A stretch of DNA of 64,000 bases, from positions 31,453,967 through 31,517,966 of the forward strand of contig CM120640.1 of the NCBI GenBank assembly GCA_051362555.1, read 5' to 3'. This DNA is from Lingula anatina (Eukaryota; Animalia; Brachiopoda). Positions 13,450 through 23,650 of the stretch are shown in pieces (within the stretch, counting starts at the first letter, position 1; each line of letters begins with the position of its first letter). Position numbers and translations under genes: made by a program. The notes below the pieces were generated by a model. It ran no database searches, was not told the DNA's origin, and worked only from the letters and a program-made list of their open reading frames with translations.

Positions 13450-14766
13450 GTTGTTTTGCGACTACACCGCCCCCACGTTCACGAAGGGCCGAAGCGAAAA
13501 GTGGGTCATGCTTGTACGCAAACGTGAACGTGATGACTCGTACGTACACGTACACGTTCAACGTCCTGCCGAAACTCTCTATTTCTAATGAACTGGCAGG
13601 AGTGGAGAGAGTAGGGCCGGATGTTTCTGAACAACTGTCAAAACTAATCAACAGTATCTTGCAAGAGAGACTACAAGATGACAAAGTAAAAGACCTCATG
13701 GTTAAGCACATGAGGCCTGGGAATGTGAATGGTCTTGCAGTACCGCGTGTAAATCCAGAAATCTGGTCGGCACTGGAGGGCAAAATTAGGTCTTCAGACT
13801 TAAAACTTGTCTGTGCACAAGAGTGCATTCTGAAGGCAATGGTCCCGCTAATTATGCTTTTAAATAAAGCAGATGTAGAGCGAGATGAGATAAATGCTAA
13901 AAGCATTGTTGAGTTGGTTGAGGTTGAGTTACGTGCCCACCCTTCCAGGGTTATAACCTGAAGTGCACATTTTCTCTCAAAACTGAGCATGCGCAGGCAT
14001 ATTCTATCTCACATAAACCCTATGTTCCTGAAGACTCGACAGAATCTCAGTCAAACTTCAACTTACAGGTAAGTCTCGTTTAACTCCTTAATTCTTGTCC
14101 ATGTTATCATCCGTTATACTTTGAAGGAAAAGGAGGGGCAAATGGCCATTCAAAGTGCAATAGCTGTTTTTAATAGACCAACAACTATCTATTTCAGCCT
14201 GGATACATCCCCTCCTCTTAATAAAAAGGCGTATCTTCACAGGCAAGATGATAAGAATGTTGATTTTTTACACGAAAGCGTTATTTGACTTTCTCTTGGC
14301 TAAATAATTGTTCTTATGTCATACAGTTGAATCTCAATAATCGTAAAGGTGGTCACAATTTTTTAAGAGCACTCACTTCATCAGTTATGTGATTCAAATA
14401 AATTCAGGGGGGGGGGGGGTCCTGGGAGGAGATTGTCGCAAAAAGAGGGGGACGCTTTCATAGAATCAAAATGATCCAAGATCATCCAACTGCTTCATCT
14501 GTCAAAACAATGTTCTACCTCACACGTCAGGAACTCGGGAGTAACATGAGATGGGGAAACCCAGCTGCTAGTCAGTGTGATCCTAGCTGTGCTATCAGTC
14601 AGACGCATTTCTTACCTCTGGTCTCTGAGTCAATTGCTTTTTTACATTTATCTAGTTTCTATATTGGATTATTATTCCCTTACATATTTAGTGCCTTGTC
14701 TACCGTGTTTTGTGGATAATTTCTTTATCTTACTTTGTTTACTTGGACGGTCAACGGTGTGTACAA

Positions 14767-15482
14767 TGGAGGAATCTGGAAATAACACTACCAGTGAGGA
14801 GAACAATTCTTTGGTAACAGTGACTGACTACATGAACAATATAGACGCAAACTTTACCAAAATGGCCAGTGCTATGGCCAACATGAGTGAGGCATGGTTG
14901 GTGATGAGCAAGGCTCACTCCAGTGGGGTACACTCTGTGGCCCCTCAGTCTGCCCACTCTGATAAGAGTCATGATGCAGTGTCATCAGACTCTGATGGGG
15001 AGGGTTCTGTTAAGGCCCCTCAGCCTACCCATAGTCAGAAACGGAGTCATGACGCAGTGTCGTCAGACTCAGATGAGGAAGATAGTGATGCAGAGGGCTT
15101 GTTTGAAGAACAAGCAGTTAAAGAGCCTAATGAAGAAGTAGACTCTTTTTTAGATTTAATTGATGATGATGAGACTCCGGGCCCTGAAATCAGGGAAAAG
15201 TTAGCAAGCATTGTTAACAAAACATTCACCAAACCTTTGTCAAAAGATATTACGAAGAAACTATATGAGCATCACCTACGACCAAGAAATTGCGATGCCA
15301 TGGTGGTCCCCTTGGTGAACAAACAAAACTGGAGTAATGCCAGTAAGGAGTTGAGGGCGAAGGATGCCAGGATGTGTGACATCCAGAGGGCTATTGTCAA
15401 AGCTTGTGGCATCTTTGCAAATGTAGCTAACAAACTCCTGGATAATAATGACAGAAAAACAGCCAAAGATGCCTGTGATGGC
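14767..15482 (+). pseudogene. Second DIRS Gag-like ORF, 3'-truncated
   Basis: DDETPGPEIREKLASIVN...HLRPRNCDAMVVPLVNKQNW...RAKDARMCDIQRAIVKA has the same signature as the first DIRS Gag. It ends abruptly at the HECT exon copy. Confidence 0.7.
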
Positions 15483-16152
15483 AGGTAGAAGAAAGAGTGT
15501 AACTTTAGGACATGTTCTGGCATTCTGCACTGGTGTAAAGGAAATCCCCTAACTGGGATTTCCAAGTGATATAAGTCTGACATTTTCACTTGCAACAGAT
15601 TCGATGTTACCAACGGCAAGCACACGTATCATGCCAATGAATTTGAAGATACCAGCTCTGGGAGTGGAGAGGGCCCCCCCCCCCCCCCCCCCCCCAGGAA
15701 TTCATTTACAATTTGTGGGACTTTTTCTAACACTTTTTTTGGGCTATGTTAAAGAGACATATCAAATCATCTTTTTGCCACAAAGTATTATGCCCAAACT
15801 CAATGAACTTGCAATCAGGAGGTTGGAGTTCAATTGAATGAGTCCACGTGAAAATAGTGCAACAGTAAGCAAAGCTTAGTCTGAGATGCCTTTGAGAAAG
15901 TATTTTTATGAAAGAAATCAGAAATACTGAGAGCCTGCCTTAAGATTTTACATACTGAAAGAGTTTGAGTGTTATTTGAGATGTATGTTAGATTGTATTT
16001 TTGATGAGTTGAAAAATTTTGTATGCTAGCTGTTTATCCAATTGAAAAGTATAGTGCACTTAGACATTAAGCACTATTTTGTTTGGATGAACAAGTGCTC
16101 AGTTTTTTATGAAAAATAAATATTTTATGAACTGTTTACAATAGCCAAAAGT
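15481..16152 (+). repeat. Near-identical copy of the HECT last exon and its 3' UTR (4684-5343)
   Basis: Direct base-by-base match from gcaggtagaagaaagagtg to atag(t/c)caaaagt, with an expanded C-run and small indels that break the frame. Confidence 0.95.
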
Positions 16153-16410
16153 GGTGAAAAGAGCTGTATGGAGGTATGTATGGACGGGGGCCATACAGGC
16201 ATCAACTTCAGAGGAGTTAAGCAAAGTAGCGAAAGCAAGAAACCCTGGGGTTAATGTGATTTACATCTGAAAAGCATCCATAGATGAAAATGAAAAATTG
16301 ATGAAAAAATCTTGGGAAAATGTGTTTGGCATTCCTAACACCCACAAGATCCATTCTGTGAAGGCATCAGGGCTGGGATATGTACAGGTATCAGAAACAT
16401 CCAATGGTAA
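16153..16410 (+). pseudogene. Short DNA-transposase C-terminal scrap (possibly Sola-like)
   Basis: Degenerate reading ...GVNVIYI*KASIDENEKLMKKSWENVFGIPNTHKIHSVK. The family assignment rests on recollected motif resemblance only. Confidence 0.3.
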
Positions 16411-16879
16411 GTATATGTCCATCAGGAGCTTATGAGGGACAAATTCTGCACAGGTGTGCACAACGAACTGCACGATCAGTTCTAGTAACGTATTTTAAAG
16501 CTCATATCTCAATGTCTGTAGTGGACATGTATTTACAGTTTTAAGTCCGCCTCCTGTTGCTTACTTTGTATATATTCACGCCCTACTCATTGAGTGGTTA
16601 GTTTTTGATCTTTCTCTGTAGATAATAAATTTATAGTTGTTCAACTCCAATTTTTTCACTGAACCGCATAATGACATTTTATGGTGCCGTAACCAGGATA
16701 ACTATGGCTGCAGAGAAAAATCAAATACTCCGGTTGGTGAACCGAGCCCAGCTAACGAAGCTGTTTCAACGAGCATCAATTTTTATGTCTGATGAGCTGT
16801 CCGTAGAAAATGTGAAAACAATGGACTTAACATACGAACTTTCTCTGAACCGCATATTGACAAACTGCATATTATATTT

Positions 16880-17500
16880 AAGGACAACAGTTATGGCAGT
16901 GGTTCGGTACATGAGAACAATGTATGGTAGGGTTAGAAAGGTTAGGTCTGGACAGGGAAGAAGACACTTTACTGCTAGGCAACAGTGGGTGATGGAGAGG
17001 TTTTCCTTCTTGGAAAAGCATATGTCCATCCACAACTAGGCTTGGTTAGTCCAAGATCTTGTTAATTATGTACAGCAACACTAAGCGAAATAATATCCAA
17101 TTCTCATTATTACAAAATAACAAACTACAAAAATAACTTTTATTTTGTATAATATGTTCCTTAAATGTTTTTCACATTTTCAATTATTGCCTCCTGGACA
17201 AAATGAAAAGGATGACAAAGAAGAGGAAGTCCTTTCAACCAGCAGCGCCGAGACCAACAGAAGGAAGACAGATACAGTTGAACAGAACATCCTCAACCTT
17301 TGTAAAACTATCAGTGATCAGCAACCTACATCTAGCAGAAAAGCATTTTGCTAGTATTTGGCTTAGAAAGTTGATAACCTGTCTGAGCAGCAGTGGGCGA
17401 TATTTCAGCAACAGAGCATGGACTTAATTTTAAAAGCAGGCAACCAAGGAGCACAGCTCAATTACAGGCCTGCATCTCATTTCGTTTACTCCTCAACGCC
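16880..17500 (+). pseudogene. MADF/Myb-SANT transposon accessory-protein fragment
   Basis: MRTMYGRVRKVRSGQGRRHFTARQQWVMERFSFLEKH is typical of Harbinger-associated MADF proteins. A later piece reads SSRKAFC..LSEQQWAIFQQQSMDLI. Confidence 0.55.
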
Positions 17501-17599
17501 CTCAAATTGACACAACTTTTCTGTCTCCATTGAACACTTCATCCTTAACCATACCCTCTGTCCTAATGCTGCATTCAGAGGGTCCAGAGCAGTCAAGTT

Positions 17600-18440
17600 C
17601 AAGCAATTTTTATAGTGCCACTGTGGGAGACTCAGATATGGTTCAGCCCTTTAATGCAACTCTTAGTGGATGTGCCAGTGATTCTTCCAAATAAAAGGAA
17701 CCTCCTGTCTTTACACCACACGAAACAAGTCCATCCACTAGCAAACAAACTAGTCATGCTTGCATGTGTCAAAAAGATTTTCAGCAGAAGCAACCAGAAT
17801 CATCATGGCATCATGGAAACAATCCACAAAGAAAGGATATCAACCATATATTCAAAGATGGATACAGTATTGTGATGAAAAACAAATTAATCAAGTTTTG
17901 CCTTCTGTGAATAATGTCATAGAATTTCTCACTTGTTTATTTGAAAAAGGATTAGGTTACAGTGTACTAAGTACAGTATGATTTGCTCTGTCTTTTCGCT
18001 AAGAATCGCAACTGAATCATTTTCTGCTGGAACTCATCCATTAGTAATATGATTTATGAAAGGCGTGTACACTGTTGGTCTCAAGAGAACACGTTCACAA
18101 AAAATTATAAAAAAATGTTTACAAAAATTTATAAAAAGTAATAAGAGCGCAAATTTCAGAATGGGACTGTGAGGTATGGTTTAATAAGGCAAGCACAGGG
18201 TGACAGTCATTCAACTGTGTACCTTAATTTGGTTTCAATAAACAGTTCCTATCTGGAAAGTAACAAAGTGCATGACGTGACTGCCAGATTTTTTGTGGTT
18301 GCAAAAAGGTTGCAAGCGCAGTGTGACCCAGGCTAAAAGGAACACCCACTGTTTGAAATGTGATTATGCAGCATCTAGAATATCATGATGAAATATGTCC
18401 AGGTCTTCAACTGACACAACACACATATTTTGGTTCAATT
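17600..18440 (+). pseudogene. DIRS pol tail overlapping a tyrosine recombinase remnant, plus probable 3' terminus
   Basis: VPLWETQIWFSPLMQLL...HPLANKLVMLAC overlaps IIMASWKQSTKKGYQPYIQRW...EFLTCLFEKGLGYS...GTHPLV. After a deletion comes WSQENTFTKNY (region of the catalytic Tyr) at ~18076-18108. Confidence 0.75.
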
Positions 18441-18622
18441 TTACATGACTTTCAATAACACAAATCCTTTGAAATTCTTTAAATTAAAAAATGAATTAAT
18501 AAGAATTATTATGTGAAAAAAATCATCTCTAGACACTGCATGGTTTAAAATTCAGAATACAAAAAAAAAAAAAAAAAATGAATAAATAAAAAATACATCT
18601 GAGAAAATGTTATCTCTTTTCA

Positions 18623-21600
18623 TCAAAATGGCAATTCCTTGTGATCCCATGAATAATATTTGCCAGTATCTAAATAACTTAAGCTATCAATAATTTTTAA
18701 TAAACAACCTACAGAGTATTCCACAGTAAAAAGTTTTCCTTCTGGTACATTCTTGTGATATGGCCTCGACAGGTCTGTATCCACTGTCCCTGGGTGCAGT
18801 ACCACACATATCACTTTGTTCTTTCCACGCCCTAGCTCTATGCTGAGATTCTTGTTAGCCATGTTTAGAGCTGCCTTTGACATCCTATAACTGTACCACC
18901 CTCCTAAACCTGTCATTAGAAAAAAGTTAATGAAATGAGTTTGAATTAGAATTCACTGCAGCAAAATATCATCTGTTTAAAAGTTTTAAATCCTGACATA
19001 ATAAACACAGTATATGGTTTGAACATCAGACGTTTGTAAAACATGTTCAGCAAAATGGAGGAGTCACCTTTTAAATTAATAAGGGAGCAGATTTGGGTGA
19101 TCTGAACAGTCTGTCATTTAAGACTGGTCCTACATGATTCTGTGTAGACCAGTAGACATTTTAGAATCCGTGGATTTAGTGGTCCAACATGATCATCATT
19201 CTGTGTTTGCTTGGAAATTAGAGCTCTGATCATATTACCAATGTCATGATGTATCACTGAACCAAACTGAGATGTAATATACAAGTAAAAAAAATATATT
19301 GGTATGATTCTCCATGTGGATGAGCACTGAGCCCTAGCTGTCCAAGATCAATTTCACTTTATAAACAAATTGTTTTACATAAAATGCAAGCCAGTTTAGC
19401 TCTTGCTAAATATAGACAGAGTTGAGAGCTATCCTTATTCATTTTGATTAAATACTGGAATGGTTGTAGTAAAGAATTTTATTTCCCAAATTATGCAGCT
19501 TAAAGCAATAATAACTCTTCCTTTGAGATTCAAAATTCCGCAAGAAATACATTGTAAACAACGCCTGGAAATATATTCTATTGCATTTTCCCACTAAAAC
19601 GACTGTTATTGTAGTAAAACTAAAATCTGTGCTTGTCACTTGGGCTTTGGATGCTTTTCTTCGCGGTCGACAAGTGCATCCGTTGCCAATGATGTTTAGG
19701 TGTTACGCGGATTCTCACGTTCATTGGAGACCAAAATAACACGGCGGGAAACCCTCAGACGTAAGTTGCGAGTTTTTGTACAGTGCGTCGGAGAACGAAA
19801 AGCCCAGAATTGCACACATTGTAGATATAAATGCATTTTGAGCAAAAAGACGAATATATCTTATGAATCTTATAATATTGTTATATAGTGTTGTTGTTGT
19901 CTGCTTTTCCTGCGGTTTTAAGTATGTTACCAGAAACTATCACTCGATACGAGAGAGCTCCGTAAGTTAAAATCTCTTAAGAGATTTTAACAAAAAAACG
20001 TATGTTTAGGAAAAAAACCCTGGATTAACTTTGAATGCAGGAATGGGGTCGTTGACCATTGGTAAGTACGGGAAAATTGCCGTTTTTTCCAGGAAAATCG
20101 TATTTTTGGCCAAAACAAAGAGTTATTATGACTTTAAGTTGCGATAATAAAAATACTTTCTTCCAAACCAAAGCTAAAATCAGAATAATTTGCACTTTAC
20201 TTGGTGTCAATAAACCACTTATATAATCAAGAATAATTAATAGACTGATGAAGATGAAGAGCAAAAAACTCACCATTGTCTGTTATTGATCCAACTTTGG
20301 CTGACATATTGACTAGAACTGCCTTATGCTGATTTTTGGGATCTGGATGTTGTGTTCCAATGTTTCCACTTCCCTTCTGCAATAGTGGCATGAAATGTTT
20401 GGCCATCACCAAAGGACCCACTGTATTAGTTGAAAATGTGTCTAGTATCCCCTGGAATTTGGAATACGATGTACTAAAACTGATTTATATTTAGAGATGC
20501 TCTTCACGCATATTGAAATTACCCACAGCCACATTTTACCCAACTCAGACCTTCAAGGGGTTCAAAGCCTTCTGCTTAAACTTCAGAAAATAAACTATAT
20601 CGATTTGTATTTCATATATTGCAGGTGTTGTTAACCAATTAGCCATATATCTCTGTTAGGGAAAATCCTAGAAATAAAATTTAAACTGTACATTTGTGTC
20701 CAGCTCTTATACATAAAGCACAAAGTTTTTTGTGGTAGCAATCCTACTTACTGTCAGATTCTAACTTGTGTTATTTGTGCTTACACATAAAAGACAGAGG
20801 TGCACAAAAATATATTTATTGTTGGGTGATGAATCCGTGTCCGTATCTGTGACATGATTAAGGGGTCGAAAATTAAAATAAACAACTTTAGACTCATTCT
20901 TGAAAGTTTCTTCCTCAAAAATGGGCAATATGGTGCTACTAAAACAACGTTTTGCTCAAAATGAAATAATTTTCTTTATGTACACCAAATTTCAAATCAC
21001 AAGGCTAGCATTATCAAATCAAATAACACCTTGACCTTGCCTCAGGTTTCGGCCTTACAAGCTCACGGTACCCTTACCGCTGGTAAGGCCTCATAGCAGT
21101 ATGTACAAAAACCTTGAGACACTTAAGTACCTCGAAATGTCCACGTTCTGACAATCTCTGTGGGTCCTCCGTTGTACCTTGTAGTATGTAAATCCAATTA
21201 AAAGTGTTTTCGTGTACCTTCAGGCATGATGTTCATAAAGTTTTGGTCATTTTATTTCAGCTTCCTACTGCACTGACACAACAGCACGCTATATTGTGGT
21301 ACACTTGCGGAAAGGACGACCACCTTTTCAAGGTCGACCTCGAAATGGAGTTGACCTGTTTCATGTTTCCAATGTAAACTTTTAGCGCCCTCGGGTGACG
21401 AGTTGTGAAAAATGGTGTTTGATCCATGTAGGCGACCTAGCTCCAGTTAATAATGTTTTACAAGCATTTGGCCATCCATTTGCGCTTCTGTCGAATTTGG
21501 CCCACATTTGCCTTAAAAACTACATTAGAAATAAAATCAAAAAATCTAAAATTTCTGAAATATTTTTTTCATGTAGTTTTTAAAGCAATGGTAGGCCAAA

Positions 21601-22470
21601 TTCGACAGAAGCGTAAATGGATGGCCAAATGCTTGTAAAACATTATAAACTGGAGCTAGGTCACCTACATGGATCAAACACCATTTTTCACAACTCGTCA
21701 CCCGAGGGCGCTAAAAGTTTACATTGGAAACATGAAACAGGTCAACTCCATTTCGAGGTCGACCTTGAAAAGGTGGTCGTCCTTTCCGCAAGTGTACCAC
21801 AATATGGCGTGCTGTTGTGTAAGTGCAGTAGGAAGCTGAAATAAAATGACCAAAACTTTATGAACATCGTGCCTGAAGGTACACGAAAACACTTTTAATT
21901 GGATTTACATACTACAAGGTACAACGGAGGACCCACAGAGATTGTCAGAACGTGGACATTTCGAGGTACTTAAGTGTCTCAAGGTTTTTGTACATACTGC
22001 TATGAGGCCTTACCAGCGGTAAGGGTACCGTGAGCTTGTAAGGCCGAAAACTGAGGCAAACCTTGACCCTATCTGATGTTTTTTTACCTCAAATCATAAT
22101 AGATTAATTCATGTACCTTTGGAGTTACATCCTTCAAGCTTGTCTCTCCTCTGCCTGACGGGTGCAACAGTCCTGCTGAGTTTATTAATAAATCCAGTTT
22201 TCCAAACTTTGCCTGTACCTCACTTGCAACTTGCGCTACATGTTCTTCATTCGTTACATCAAGCCTGTGGATGAAAAGTTTTTCTGAATTTTGTTGGCGC
22301 AAATTCTGCAGATTTGACGCATTCTCAGGATTTCTGCAGGTAGCTATGACGATGGACCCTTTGTCAAGCAAGCTTTTACAAAACTGCAATCCCAACCCTC
22401 TGCTTGCGCCCTGTACTAAGCTTGTAGACATATCTGACTTGCAACGTTGAAACAAGTTTTTATAACACAT
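18623..22470 (-). CDS. C-factor/CsgA-like short-chain dehydrogenase/reductase; exons 22470-22117, 20451-20274, 18909-18623
   Basis: Rossmann motif QGASRGLG, LINSAG, NTVGP, NMSAKVGSITDN, catalytic YRMSK and LHPGTVDTDLS. GT-AG introns are in phase and the frame is intact. The start may be the second Met at 22431. Confidence 0.92.
21037..22059. mobile_element. Foldback/MULE-like MITE, an almost perfect 1-kb palindrome in SDR intron 1
   Basis: Arms ~21037-21525 and ~21570-22059 are near-exact reverse complements. 9-bp TSD accttgacc at 21028-21036 and 22060-22068. Confidence 0.92.
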
Positions 22471-22690
22471 GGAGTAACCGGAAGTTGATATCGGAAGTAG
22501 CAGAAGGCCAATGAAATACCGTCTAGCATTTTAGAGATGTCAAAAACGTCCAATCAAAATACTTGATTAATGCATTTAAAAGGGCGGCCATATTTGATAT
22601 TGTGTGCAGGGTTTGTGTTTATTTCTTGTAACACCTATGTTGGTTCAGCAGTCTTGCTGTGGATGGTTCCTTTCAAATTTTGAGGTGGGT
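22471..22690. promoter_or_regulatory. Putative bidirectional promoter shared by the SDR (-) and haspin (+) genes
   Basis: Two ETS-type cggaagt (~22479, ~22492), two CCAAT boxes (~22508, ~22550), a YY1-like gccatatt (~22587) and a CHR-like ttcaaa (~22672). A likely non-coding haspin exon ends at a donor near 22685. Confidence 0.55.
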
Positions 22691-23004
22691 AGGGTTTTGA
22701 GAAGTTCTTAAAATGGATACTGTGCGTTGCACATCGTATTTCCAGGACTGTGGTAACAGGAAGACCAAATTCATTGGTCAAGATTGGGTGATTACATTAT
22801 AACTCTCATCAAAAATGATAAGTACATTATAGGAGTGAAACCACAAATAAAAGGTGTGGGCCAAAGGGGGGTGGGGGTGCAACTTACAGTGTGCGGGAGA
22901 GGTATGTTTTAACTATGGTAATGTAGCGATTTTTAACAGTACCACTATTTTCATTGGAATTGATTACACAATGTTTGCCTGTAGACATACATATAATTAA
23001 CTGA

Positions 23005-23244
23005 GACCCCATTCCCATAGACACCATCAGTCTACTTGGATCGACCTAACTCTGCGGGGACTCGCTGAATGCAATCAGATTAACACGCCTCCTCTTGGCA
23101 TTAAGTAGAATGTATACAGAAAACCTCATGATTGTATGAGTACGATGGAAACATTCAATTACAGTAGGCTGATAGTATTTACGGGAGTCCCTGCAAAGTT
23201 GAGGTAGGTCCATATAGACTGATGTTTTCTATGGGAATGGGGTC
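23005..23244. mobile_element. Harbinger/Tourist-like MITE
   Basis: TIRs gaccccattcccatag with longer imperfect arms; tga/tta flanks. Related to the copies at 33251 and 58404. Confidence 0.7.
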
Positions 23245-23650
23245 TTACTGAATTATTAGTATTACTATTAGGCCTTGTTTAGGTTTGATGATAAACTTTA
23301 TGTCCTTATATATAGAAAATATAAGGGCAATACTTTTTGGATTTATCTAAGAAATGACAGACTTGTAAAGATCAATCAAGTAATATTTGTTCAGTGACGT
23401 GTCCTTTTGGTAAGGTTCATATCTCTTCAACTCTGTGCTGATTTCAAATGTTGCTGTAATGGAATTTATTTCATATCAGGTCTTCATTATATACTTTTAT
23501 AGAAGTTGATTCTTTGGTAAATTACTGAGGAAATCCATAAGCAATATTTACAATTGTTATGGTTTTTATAATTTGACCAACAGAGAGCTTGGAGCCAATG
23601 TTATTGTCACAGACTGTAGATGATTTATATCTATCACCTGTTACAGGTAT

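Larger units (their letters stand above)
6239..13580. mobile_element. PIF/Harbinger-group (Pangu-like) DNA transposon, 7.3 kb including nested inserts
   Basis: 33-bp perfect TIRs agagagtttcggcaggacgttgaacgtgtacgt. 3-bp TSD ATT at 6236-6238 and 13581-13583. Carries convergent Myb/SANT-like and DDE transposase genes. Confidence 0.9.
5572..14050 (+). mobile_element. Internally deleted DIRS-like retroelement (gag only), split by a Harbinger-group insertion
   Basis: Imperfect inverted termini: ~5603-5642 gggcttacatgagatagaatatgcctgtgcatgctaagt versus the reverse complement of 13982-14020. Removing 6239-13583 joins ORF 6002-6238 to 13584-13961 in frame (DDFYEVI|SNELAGVERVGP...RPGNVNGLAVPRVNPEIW...RSSDLKL), a DIRS Gag signature. 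Confidence 0.7.

Noticed and set aside
13406-13990. 194-aa minus-strand ORF
   Set aside because: It is the antisense shadow of the DIRS gag and crosses a transposon boundary.
21395-21844. ORFs within the palindrome
   Set aside because: Short, with no motifs; by-products of the foldback element.
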